A stretch of 64,000 nt of DNA from the NCBI GenBank assembly GCA_944325155.1, contig CALUYY010000003.1:90257-154256 (forward strand), in the 5' to 3' direction. The notes beneath the pieces were generated by a model, which was not told the origin of the DNA, did no database searches, and saw only the letters and a list, made by a program, of their open reading frames with translations. Positions 20,860-29,808 of this stretch are shown here, in pieces. The translations under genes were made by a program, and so were the position numbers. The stretch is from Candidatus Gastranaerophilales bacterium (GTDB taxonomy: Bacteria > Cyanobacteriota > Vampirovibrionia > Gastranaerophilales > Gastranaerophilaceae). Position 1 is the stretch's first letter, and each line of letters starts with the position of its first letter.

Positions 20860-21448
20860 CATTATCACATTATCAAGAATATTTCTTGCTTTTATTGCAC
20901 TCGGTTTATTGTTTATAGGTCCGAAAAACGCACCCGATTTTGCTCACATATCCGTTATTATTACAATTTTTGTAATGTGGTTTGACGGGCTTGACGGATT
21001 TATTGCAAGAAAATTTAATGAATCTTCCAAATTAGGCGCCGTTTTAGACATTATGGGCGACAGAATAGTTGAAAATATATACTGGATGACATTTTGCGCT
21101 CTGGGCTGGATTAATGTCGTTGTTCCGATTATTGTTATTACAAGAGGAATTATAACGGACAGCTTAAGAAGCCTTGCGCTTGAAAAAGGATATACTCCTT
21201 TTGGAGAAAAAACAATGATGCAGGGAAAAATTGCAAAATTCATCGTTGCTTCAAATTTTTCAAGATTTACCTATGCCGTATGCAAAGCAGTTGCATTTTT
21301 ATTTATGATAGCGGGGCATTTTGCATTTGACTATCCCCATAAAGAAACAATTTTATCAATCGGTATAATCTGTACGATAATTTCCGTTATATTTTGTGTT
21401 TTAAGAGGATTGCCCGTTGTAGTCGAAAGTAAAAGATTTTTGCAGTAA
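20852..21448 (+). CDS. CDP-alcohol phosphatidyltransferase family protein
   Basis: 198 aa membrane protein with the D-G-x2-A-R-x8-G-x3-D-x3-D motif (DGLDGFIARKFNESSKLGAVLDIMGDR). Confidence 0.85.
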   Translation: MANIITLSRIFLAFIALGLLFIGPKNAPDFAHISVIITIFVMWFDGLDGFIARKFNESSKLGAVLDIMGDRIVENIYWMTFCALGWINVVVPIIVITRGIITDSLRSLALEKGYTPFGEKTMMQGKIAKFIVASNFSRFTYAVCKAVAFLFMIAGHFAFDYPHKETILSIGIICTIISVIFCVLRGLPVVVESKRFLQ

Positions 21449-21450
21449 AT

Positions 21451-21924
21451 ATGAATAAAAAATATTTAAATATCGTTTTATATGAACCTGAAATTCCGCA
21501 AAACACGGGAAACATTGCAAGACTTTGCGCCTGTTTGGACGCCAAATTATTTTTAGTCGGGCGATTAGGGTTTAATATAACGGACAGACACTTAAAAAGA
21601 AGCGGGCTTGATTATTGGGACAAGGTCGAAATGGAACATATCGTTGATTTTGAGACTTTTGAAAAAACTTTTCCTTTTGAATTAAACCCTTATTTTTTAT
21701 TTACAACCAAAGTTGAAAAAAAATATTATGATGTTTCATATCCTTCGGGCTCATTTTTAATTTTCGGCCCCGAAACAAGGGGAATCCCCGAAGATATATT
21801 AAAAAAATATAACGATAATTGTGTTACGATACCTATGAAAAAAACTTTAAGAAGTCTTAATTTATCAAACAGCGTTGCAATAGGAGCTTATGAAGCCGTA
21901 AGGCAGTTTGGCGGAATTAAATAA
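21451..21924 (+). CDS. trmL: tRNA (cytidine/uridine-2-prime-O)-methyltransferase TrmL (SpoU/TrmH class)
   Basis: 157 aa. IVLYEPEIPQNTGNIARLCA N-terminus and the C-terminal knot motif LNLSNSVAIGAYEA. Confidence 0.85.
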   Translation: MNKKYLNIVLYEPEIPQNTGNIARLCACLDAKLFLVGRLGFNITDRHLKRSGLDYWDKVEMEHIVDFETFEKTFPFELNPYFLFTTKVEKKYYDVSYPSGSFLIFGPETRGIPEDILKKYNDNCVTIPMKKTLRSLNLSNSVAIGAYEAVRQFGGIK

Positions 21925-21933
21925 GGAATAAAA

Positions 21934-22812
21934 ATGACGGATACCATAAAAATAGACAGATATTTTATAACAAAAATTTTTCCTCAGAGAAATGATGATT
22001 CAAATAAAGGAACATTCGGCACCGTTTTAAATATAGCAGGGTCTGTTTATTACCCGGGCGCCTCTTATCTGAGTTCTATCTCCGCCCTGAAATCGGGCTG
22101 CGGACTTGTGAGGCTTGCAACCGAAAGTTCCGTTATTCCGATAGTTGCTTCAATGTCGCCTGATATTACATTTATTGATTTAGGGCAAAATGATATAGGA
22201 ACAATTCCAAAAAACGCCCTTAAATATTTAAAAAACATAAAAAACCCTTCCGCCGTTTCAATCGGCTGCGGACTGTCCGCTTTTGCGCCGGTCAGAGAAT
22301 TTGTAATTAAATTTTTAAACAATTATATAGCTTCATCAATTCCCTTTATTATTGATGCGGATGCGATAAACATACTTGCTTCGATTGAAGATAAGCCGCT
22401 GCCCTTAAATTCCGTTATAACCCCGCACCCGAAAGAATTATCAAGGCTGTTAAACGTAAGTGTTGAAGAAATTCAATCGGACAGAATTAATTATGCAAAA
22501 AAAGCAAGTGAAAAATTTGACTGTATAGTTGTTCTGAAAGGACAAAACACGGTTGTTTCAATTCCTAACGGAAATACATTTATAAATACAACGGGAAATT
22601 CGGCCCTTTCTCACGGCGGCACGGGCGATATTTTATGCGGAATGATTGCGGGCTTTTCTTCTCAGGGCATGAAGCTTGAAGATGCAGCGGTTTTGGCTGT
22701 TTATCTCCACGGAAGAGCCGGCGAACTTGCTTCAAAAAAATTGACCAAATTTTCAACGCTTGCTTCGGACGTTCTGAATTATATCCCTGAAGCAATAAAA
22801 GAATTTATATAA
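21934..22812 (+). CDS. nnrD: ADP-dependent NAD(P)H-hydrate dehydratase (YjeF C-terminal family)
   Basis: 292 aa. NKGTFGTVLNIAGS, IIDADAIN, ITPHPKELSRL and GGTGDILCGMIAG motifs. Confidence 0.85.
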   Translation: MTDTIKIDRYFITKIFPQRNDDSNKGTFGTVLNIAGSVYYPGASYLSSISALKSGCGLVRLATESSVIPIVASMSPDITFIDLGQNDIGTIPKNALKYLKNIKNPSAVSIGCGLSAFAPVREFVIKFLNNYIASSIPFIIDADAINILASIEDKPLPLNSVITPHPKELSRLLNVSVEEIQSDRINYAKKASEKFDCIVVLKGQNTVVSIPNGNTFINTTGNSALSHGGTGDILCGMIAGFSSQGMKLEDAAVLAVYLHGRAGELASKKLTKFSTLASDVLNYIPEAIKEFI

Positions 22813-22830
22813 AAAATAAAAGGAATAAAA

Positions 22831-23448
22831 ATGAAAAAAACTATACTTTCAGGCATGATTTTTGCTTTAATATTATCCTCCCATATTCCTTCTTTTGCGT
22901 TTAATTCAATCAATGAAAACGACAACATTTTCTATAATAAAAACTTAAATGTCTGGTCAAAAGAAGAAAATAAAAATGATATTTCATTAATTAAAAAAAT
23001 ATCCGATGGAACCGGAAGCTATTCGATTTATTATTATGATATAAATACTCCCGCTTTTATATTATCCTCAAACTATGAATTTATAGACAATAACAACCTT
23101 ATCGGAATTGATAATGCCAATTTAAAATATAATAAAATTATATATAAAGATTCTAAATTTATTGAACAACCTTTAACGATTGAAGAATTAAAAAATATTT
23201 TTAAAAATGCGGAAATAATTAAAATTTCCGAATTTAAAAATAACAAAATTAAAATCAAAAAACCTTTATTTAAAACAAAAGAAATTCTGCTTGTAAATAA
23301 TACGGATAAATATTTTCATAAATATTTCATAAACCCCGAAAAAAACGGAAATAAAAACATAAAAGGCCTTATAACACTTGATAAAAAATTCAAAAAAGTT
23401 GAATTTTCTCATCCTTCTGGTGATAAACTCATAATTTATACAAGATAA
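22831..23448 (+). CDS. secreted hypothetical protein
   Basis: 205 aa. AAGGAA RBS, signal peptide MKKTILSGMIFALILSSHIPSFA, Asn/Lys/Ile-rich body. No family recognised. Confidence 0.5.
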   Translation: MKKTILSGMIFALILSSHIPSFAFNSINENDNIFYNKNLNVWSKEENKNDISLIKKISDGTGSYSIYYYDINTPAFILSSNYEFIDNNNLIGIDNANLKYNKIIYKDSKFIEQPLTIEELKNIFKNAEIIKISEFKNNKIKIKKPLFKTKEILLVNNTDKYFHKYFINPEKNGNKNIKGLITLDKKFKKVEFSHPSGDKLIIYTR

Positions 23449-23449
23449 A

Positions 23450-25261
23450 TTATTCTCTAATCTCTGATACAACCTGATTTCTGCCGTTTTCTTTGGCGAT
23501 ATACAGGCACTTATCGGCGTATTCAATTAACCCTTGAACAGAATCAGCGTTATTCGGCATTGTTGCAACGCCGAGGCTTATCGTAACATGGGTCCAATCG
23601 CCGGTTGCAAGTTCAAATTCTCTCTGCCTTACCGCTTCGCAAATTTTAAGGGCGACGGTTGTTGCGGCTTCTTTATCTGTGTTGGTTAAAATAACCGCCA
23701 TTTCTTCTCCGCCGTATCTGCAGGGAATATCGGTCGAGCGGATATTTTTCTTAATCGTGCCCGCAACCTGTCTTAAAACGGCATCTCCCGATTGGTGCCC
23801 GTATTTATCGTTGAATTTTTTAAAGAAATCAATATCAATCATAATTAATGAAAAAGGCGTATTATACCTTTTTGAATTATCAATGTTTAATTTCATCTGC
23901 TCCTGAAAATATCTGTGATTGTACATATCCGTAAGAGCGTCCGTTACGGCAAGCTTATAGGTGTGCTCATAATCTCTTGAAGTTATTATATATTTAATTG
24001 CATAAGAAGCGGTTATTGTGCCGATTGAAAAAACAATCGGAAGAACCAAAGGCGCCCATAAATTCATATAATGCATAAAAATAAGCGTCAGAAGCGTATA
24101 TAAAACAATTAAAATAAAAACTTTTAACGACGCAACCGAAACCGATTTTGAACGATAGACAATAACGCCTGTCAATCCCGCCAAAATCAGAGAAATTAAA
24201 ACATCAATCCAGCCTTTTGTTTTTTTAATAAAGTTATTATCCAAAATATTATTTAAAAACGTTGTATGAATTTCAACTCCCGCATATCTTGCAGACAACG
24301 GCGTTGTTTTAACGTCCGACGAACTTGTTGTGGTAACTCCCACATAAACTATTTTGTTTTCAAATTTTTCTTTTAAAAAATTATAATCATTTTTATCAAT
24401 TGCTTTATCAATTTCCCAAACTGGGATATATTCATACGTAAAAGCCGGCCCGTACCAGTTAAGATAAGTTTTTCCGTCATCTTGCATGGGGATTATTCTT
24501 TTATCTTTTTCGGACAAAATTAAATTTTTATCACCGTCTATTTTTAAATTTTTAGAGTCCAGATTTAATAAATCAAGTGCAACCAGCAGCGTTAAATGTT
24601 TATAGAATTTATCTTTATAAACAAACAAAGGAAGTTTTGTTCTTATAATTCCGTCTTTATCTCTTGCAATATTGATAAAACCGATGTTATCCGTTCCGTA
24701 TAAAATCTCGGGGATAATTCCTCTGACGTTTTTAAAATTTATATATTTAGCTTTTTTTAAAAAATCGGTATCACCCGAAATTTTTGTATTTAAACTTTCG
24801 GGCAATTCAATTGCTTTTCTTAATTCTTCATTTTGATTATCAAAATTCATTGAAACATAAATATTGTTTTTTCCTTTTATGACATTACTTAAGGCTTTAT
24901 CGGTGTTTCCGTATGCCTTAAAATTCTGGACAAATAAAAGGTCAAAAACAATTGCTCTCGGATTAACTTTTTCGATTCCCCCCGCAAGTTTTGCCCAAAA
25001 ATCTCTCGGGGCGGGCCATGCGCCGTAGGTTGAAACAATATATTCATACCCCGGATCATCCACCGTTAAAATAACAATGTCTTTATTGTGTTCTTTATAT
25101 TTTGAGATAACCTGCTGTCTTAAATCAAAGGTTTTATTCTCAACCTCCGCCAAAAAACCCTTTATATCAAAAAGTCTGAATAAAAAAATTAAAATAGCCG
25201 CAACTATAATAATTACAAATGAAAATTGAATGTTTTTAATAAGTTTTTCTTTCATCGCCAT
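23450..25261 (-). CDS. CHASE2 sensor-domain diguanylate cyclase (GGDEF, GGEEM variant, I-site present)
   Basis: 603 aa. N-terminal TM, a ~300-aa extracytoplasmic domain, 3 TM helices, then GGDEF with DIDFFKKFNDKYGH and RSTD-IPCRY-GGEEM. Confidence 0.85.
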   Translation of the reverse strand: MAMKEKLIKNIQFSFVIIIVAAILIFLFRLFDIKGFLAEVENKTFDLRQQVISKYKEHNKDIVILTVDDPGYEYIVSTYGAWPAPRDFWAKLAGGIEKVNPRAIVFDLLFVQNFKAYGNTDKALSNVIKGKNNIYVSMNFDNQNEELRKAIELPESLNTKISGDTDFLKKAKYINFKNVRGIIPEILYGTDNIGFINIARDKDGIIRTKLPLFVYKDKFYKHLTLLVALDLLNLDSKNLKIDGDKNLILSEKDKRIIPMQDDGKTYLNWYGPAFTYEYIPVWEIDKAIDKNDYNFLKEKFENKIVYVGVTTTSSSDVKTTPLSARYAGVEIHTTFLNNILDNNFIKKTKGWIDVLISLILAGLTGVIVYRSKSVSVASLKVFILIVLYTLLTLIFMHYMNLWAPLVLPIVFSIGTITASYAIKYIITSRDYEHTYKLAVTDALTDMYNHRYFQEQMKLNIDNSKRYNTPFSLIMIDIDFFKKFNDKYGHQSGDAVLRQVAGTIKKNIRSTDIPCRYGGEEMAVILTNTDKEAATTVALKICEAVRQREFELATGDWTHVTISLGVATMPNNADSVQGLIEYADKCLYIAKENGRNQVVSEIRE

Positions 25262-25264
25262 AAA

Positions 25265-25471
25265 CTAATTATACTTGATGTTGTCCGAAAATTCCAATTC
25301 ATCAATAATGTTGCAGACGGGGTTTAATTTGTCAAAACTGAACTTAATGTCATGGTTTAATAAAAACCTGATTAAAGACATTGTGTCGTTTCCTTGTTCA
25401 TATTTGCCGAATGAAAGATACTTAATGAGGCATTTTTCGTTTCTGTTCATAATAGGGCTATTATCAAACAT
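25265..25471 (-). CDS. small hypothetical protein (68 aa) abutting the diguanylate cyclase gene
   Basis: Stop codon is 3 nt before the cyclase ATG. K/N/D/E-rich composition fits the genome better than the overlapping + strand ORF. No SD. Confidence 0.35.
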   Translation of the reverse strand: MFDNSPIMNRNEKCLIKYLSFGKYEQGNDTMSLIRFLLNHDIKFSFDKLNPVCNIIDELEFSDNIKYN

Positions 25472-25549
25472 ATTAAGAAAATATAAATCAACCTAAAAGT
25501 TTGTTTTTTTACCCTTTTTTCCTCTTTTTGGGTGATTTATGCCGTATTA

Positions 25550-27031
25550 TTACTCACATTTTGAATCAAGAGGCATAACTCTCTCTTTTTTCGGCCCCAA
25601 TACCATTGTTGCGCACGGCGAAAAGCCGATTAATTTTTTGGTTGTTTTGGGTTTATATAATGATTCATCAATTTTTTCTTCATCTGTTGAATCAATGGCT
25701 TTAATAAAATCTCTTACGGAAATTTCCGCTCTGTTTCTTCTCATTGCATTCATTGAAGCTTCATTTGAAATTATATTTATACTGTGGGATGAATAATCCT
25801 GAAGCATTGAAGCAATTAATTCAAGTTCTTCTTCGTTTGATAAAAGATTTTTTGCTTTTGCTTTTTTGGATAAATTGTTTCTGACAAGCGCTTCTCTCTG
25901 CTCCGTATCGGGAAGCCCCACGTATCTTTTTATATCAAATCTTCTTCTTATTGCGGGATCCATTAAATCGTATTTGTTTGTTGCGCCTATAACAATAACA
26001 TTATGCGCTTTTGCACCCTCAATATATTTTAACAGCGCCGCCGTTGCCTTAATATCTTCGTTGCTCTGGTGAGCATCTCTGTTTGATGTCATAGCGTCAA
26101 TCTCATCCATAAATAAAATAACGGGCCTGTCGGAGCTGTCACCTTTTTTATAAATATAATCAAAAGCTTTTTTAATGTTATTTGCCGTCTGGTTTACATA
26201 TTTTGAACCCGTGTTTGAACAGTTCATAACATAGACATCTCCCTTAATTTCAGCCGCAAGCGCTTCTATTATATAAGTTTTACCGCACCCCGGGGGTCCG
26301 TATAATAAAACACCCGACGGCATTCTTTTTCCGTATTCTTCCAAATCTATTTTTGCCTGCCCGGGGTTATTAACCGGCTCTATTATATCTTCTTTTAATT
26401 CCGCTTTTAACTTCTTCATTCCCATTACCTGACTGAATCCGTCAGGGGAAAATTCCGTTCTTGTTAATTTTTCCAAAACCGGTTTTTCATCGGTATTTGC
26501 CGTTAAAGAAGTTTTTTCATCCGTCCCTTTTGACTCGCCGTATGCCTTTAATACATCCGCAAGCTGTGCTTTTCCTATATCTTTATATTTTCTTGCCTCC
26601 TGAAGTTCCGTTCTTAATTCTTCTTTGGATTTTCCTATATCCGAATTCCAAAATCTTATTTTATCCATTATTGATTGGCGCCAGTTTTTTTCTCTGTTGT
26701 TTTTGCCCTTGGGAAGACTTGAAGCATAATAGCCGTATTCGGATTCCAGATATCTGTCGCCGTCTTTATCAAAAAGCATTACGACCTGTGTTATAAGCAA
26801 ATCTTTCATTTCAATAAACAAATTAACAAAATCGGAATCGCTGTATCTGTTTCCGAATTTTTTCTCATTTGCTCTTACGACATCTTCCATTTCATTGCAA
26901 GCAATTGAATAGTTAATAATTGCGCTTTGAAGCTCGGGGTCTTTAACTTTTTTATCTATATTATCTTCCAGATATTTCTGGCTTTTTTTGCTGTATCCGA
27001 ATGCTACGGGCTGTATGCTGTTTGTTTGCAA
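25550..27031 (-). CDS. AAA+ ATPase, classic clade, single AAA module, no TM and no protease domain
   Basis: 493 aa. TTG start with GAGGA upstream. Walker A GPPGCGKT, Walker B ILFMDEIDA, second region of homology GATNKYDLMDPAIRRRFD. About 225-aa N-terminal region of unknown type. Confidence 0.85.
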   Translation of the reverse strand: MQTNSIQPVAFGYSKKSQKYLEDNIDKKVKDPELQSAIINYSIACNEMEDVVRANEKKFGNRYSDSDFVNLFIEMKDLLITQVVMLFDKDGDRYLESEYGYYASSLPKGKNNREKNWRQSIMDKIRFWNSDIGKSKEELRTELQEARKYKDIGKAQLADVLKAYGESKGTDEKTSLTANTDEKPVLEKLTRTEFSPDGFSQVMGMKKLKAELKEDIIEPVNNPGQAKIDLEEYGKRMPSGVLLYGPPGCGKTYIIEALAAEIKGDVYVMNCSNTGSKYVNQTANNIKKAFDYIYKKGDSSDRPVILFMDEIDAMTSNRDAHQSNEDIKATAALLKYIEGAKAHNVIVIGATNKYDLMDPAIRRRFDIKRYVGLPDTEQREALVRNNLSKKAKAKNLLSNEEELELIASMLQDYSSHSINIISNEASMNAMRRNRAEISVRDFIKAIDSTDEEKIDESLYKPKTTKKLIGFSPCATMVLGPKKERVMPLDSKCE

Positions 27032-27081
27032 AAATATATCCTCAATTAAAAAATATGTGATATAAAATTAAAACTTAAAAA

Positions 27082-27609
27082 TTAATTTTTTTGCTTTTCG
27101 TAATACCCGACATAAGGAATATTTCTCATTAATTCGTTATAATCAAGCCCGAAGCCCACAATAAATTTATCATCAACGTCAAACGCATAAAAATCGGGTT
27201 CTATATCATATTTTCTTGCACATTTTTTATCAAACATAACGGCAAGTTTAACATCTTCAACATGGCATTTTGTTCTAAGATAATCAAGTAAAAATTTTAA
27301 AGTAAGCCCTGTATCCATAATATCTTCAACGACAAGAACTTTTTCATTCTCTAAGGGCGGCAATGACACATTCAAAGCCGAAACTCTTCCCGTTGAATGC
27401 TTTGAGCAGCCGTAGCTTGATAAACTGACAAATTCCATTCTGACGGGCATTTTTAAATATTTAACAAGTTCGCAAAAAAACATAACCGCCCCTTTCAAAA
27501 CACATATTGCAACGATGGGGCTGTCTTTATAAGTATTATTTATTTCATCCGCAAGGGTTTTTATTCTTTCTTTTAATTCGCTTTCACTTACTAAAGTTTT
27601 CAATTCCAT
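27082..27609 (-). CDS. hpt: hypoxanthine phosphoribosyltransferase
   Basis: 175 aa. PRPP-binding motif VLVVEDIMDTGLT and C-terminal FIVGFGLDY. Confidence 0.92.
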   Translation of the reverse strand: MELKTLVSESELKERIKTLADEINNTYKDSPIVAICVLKGAVMFFCELVKYLKMPVRMEFVSLSSYGCSKHSTGRVSALNVSLPPLENEKVLVVEDIMDTGLTLKFLLDYLRTKCHVEDVKLAVMFDKKCARKYDIEPDFYAFDVDDKFIVGFGLDYNELMRNIPYVGYYEKQKN

Positions 27610-27612
27610 AAC

Positions 27613-28917
27613 TTATTCCTTTATTATTTTTAAACTGTAACAGTTTTTTTGATTTTTATCTACCCTTAATTTTTCCGAAACCGTAACGTTCGGAATGAAT
27701 AAAACCTCATCATTAAGACAGATTAAAGGAATTTTATCTCTCAATTCAAAAGGAATTTTTTTCTTGATAAAATAAGTTTTTAATTTTTGAAGTCCGGCTG
27801 AACCGAACGGCTGAATTTTATCCCCTGTTTTTTTTGTTCTTATTTTATATTTGTTCTTAAAATCCAAATTAAGATATTGAAGATTATCTTTTGAATTCGG
27901 AAATACGGAAGGCAAAATTGTTTTTTCAATTATAAATTCATAATTTAAAAATTTATTTTTACCTTCTTTTAAAATGAGTTCGTCTTTCGTTTTTTCATCT
28001 TTTTTGGTTACAAAATAAATTTTATTATCGTAAACTTTTAAAAAAAGCTCATTGTTTAATGAAATTTTTTTTGAATTGTTCTCTTCTATAAAATTTACGA
28101 TTTTTTCAATGTTTTTATAATCCCTGTTTTTTAAAACACCCTGCATTAAAGAATTTATTATTTCATATTTTATTTCTTTATCCAGAGATAAAAATTTATC
28201 TCTTAAAATTTTATCCCCGTCAAAAATTTCTTTTTTTGTATCATCCAAAACTTTTTCAATAATATCTTGGTGCATAACATTCAATTTAATAAAAGATGAA
28301 ATTGAATTTATAACCTCAGGGTTAATCTCACGCATTAAAGGAATAATTTCATTCCTGATTAAATTTCTTTTATATTTGGTATTTGAATTTGAAGAATCAA
28401 TAATATATTTAACGTTGTTTTCTTTTGCATAATTTATGATTTCATCTCTTTCAAAATCAATTAAGGGGCGAAAATAAAAATCCCTTACTTTTGAAATCGA
28501 TTTTAATCCCTTGGGTCCGGAGCCTTTAATCAGCCTGTATATTAAAGTTTCAACATTATCGTTTTTATTGTGCGCCAAAAACACGGCATCTGCATTGAAT
28601 TTTTCCCTGCACCTTTCAAAAAATTCATACCTTAATTCTCTTGCGGTTGTTTCCGTTTTTTTAACGTTTTCATCAAGCATCTCGGAATAAAAAGGAATAT
28701 TTTTTGATTTTGCAAGGTTATATGCAAATTCTTCGTCTTTTTTTGATTCAAGCCCCCGCCAGTTATGGTTAAGATGAATTACAATTAAATTTATATCTTT
28801 TATTTCAGACAGAATTTCAAATAAAACACTGCTGTCTATGCCGCCTGAAAGGCCGAGCAAAATCGTTTTATTATTCAAATTGTTATCTGAGATAAATTTT
28901 TTAACACTGTTTAGCAT
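27613..28917 (-). CDS. tilS: tRNA(Ile)-lysidine synthetase
   Basis: 434 aa. PP-loop LGLSGGIDSSV, then LAHNKNDNVETLI. Lies directly upstream of hpt. Confidence 0.9.
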   Translation of the reverse strand: MLNSVKKFISDNNLNNKTILLGLSGGIDSSVLFEILSEIKDINLIVIHLNHNWRGLESKKDEEFAYNLAKSKNIPFYSEMLDENVKKTETTARELRYEFFERCREKFNADAVFLAHNKNDNVETLIYRLIKGSGPKGLKSISKVRDFYFRPLIDFERDEIINYAKENNVKYIIDSSNSNTKYKRNLIRNEIIPLMREINPEVINSISSFIKLNVMHQDIIEKVLDDTKKEIFDGDKILRDKFLSLDKEIKYEIINSLMQGVLKNRDYKNIEKIVNFIEENNSKKISLNNELFLKVYDNKIYFVTKKDEKTKDELILKEGKNKFLNYEFIIEKTILPSVFPNSKDNLQYLNLDFKNKYKIRTKKTGDKIQPFGSAGLQKLKTYFIKKKIPFELRDKIPLICLNDEVLFIPNVTVSEKLRVDKNQKNCYSLKIIKE

Positions 28918-29806
28918 TTAATAATTCTTTTGTCCTTTTAACAAAATCAAAAGCAATTTTTATTGCTTCATCTTTATCTTTATTATCCGTCATTTTTCTT
29001 ATATAGCTGCCAAAACCGATTGAACAATCCAGATTCATTTTGCCCGCAAGTTCTGCCGTATATTTATTCGTCCCGCCCGATAAAACAACTTCATATCCCA
29101 GATTCTTAACAAAATTTCCGAAAGCAAGCGTTTCAATCGTGCTTTTTATGTCCTCGTTTGCACCGTTCATCGGGTTTCCGTCCGCCTGTACGATAAAGGG
29201 TTTATTTGTCATTTCCTTCAATTCCGATAAAAGTTTAATGACGGTATCATTTGAAAAACATTTTCTGTTCAAACAAACGCTTATTGTTACGTTTCTGTCA
29301 TTAAAAACATCGATTATTTTTTTATAATCTTTTTTTATTTTATCAATATCATCAATTGAAATATGAACTTCAACCATATCAAGTTTTATATTTTTATCAA
29401 ACGGTTTTTCAAAAGCAATTTTATCATCATACATTTTAATTGCATTATTTCCACAGACATCAAAACACCTTGAGCACCCGATACATTTTAATTCATCAAC
29501 AAATGGCGGATTAATCGCATTATCAACGCATACTTTTTTGCATAAATTACATAAATTGCATTTATCTTTTATTATTTTTGCTTTTTTACCGTGAATATCG
29601 CCTTCAATCGGAATTGAAACGCAAAAAATGTAATCATCCAAATTAAACCCTGCTTTTTTTGCTTCTTCTTGAATATAGGGCATAACTTCAATTGATGTGT
29701 CAAAAATGTCGGCTCCGGCTTTCATCCATATTAAAACAAGGTCTTTGACCTTGTTTTTATCTTTATTGCCTAAGCCCGTTATTACTTTAAATTTGCCTTT
29801 ATACAT
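28901..29806 (-). CDS. 2x[4Fe-4S] ferredoxin-domain protein, LdpA-like
   Basis: 301 aa. N-terminal FKVITGLGNKDKNKVKDLVLIWMKAGADIFDTS resembles my memory of cyanobacterial LdpA (KLICGAS...YTLAGxDCIDVAAD). Two Cys clusters: CNLCNLCKKVC and CIGCSRCFDVC. Confidence 0.5.
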   Translation of the reverse strand: MYKGKFKVITGLGNKDKNKVKDLVLIWMKAGADIFDTSIEVMPYIQEEAKKAGFNLDDYIFCVSIPIEGDIHGKKAKIIKDKCNLCNLCKKVCVDNAINPPFVDELKCIGCSRCFDVCGNNAIKMYDDKIAFEKPFDKNIKLDMVEVHISIDDIDKIKKDYKKIIDVFNDRNVTISVCLNRKCFSNDTVIKLLSELKEMTNKPFIVQADGNPMNGANEDIKSTIETLAFGNFVKNLGYEVVLSGGTNKYTAELAGKMNLDCSIGFGSYIRKMTDNKDKDEAIKIAFDFVKRTKELLNAKQC

Positions 29807-29808
29807 AA

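Noticed and set aside
25275-25496. Plus-strand 73-aa ORF overlapping the 68-aa minus-strand ORF.
   Set aside because: It is oriented against a long co-directional gene array and has a Ser/Leu/Phe-rich composition. The minus-strand ORF abuts the cyclase start by 3 nt. Both remain low confidence.
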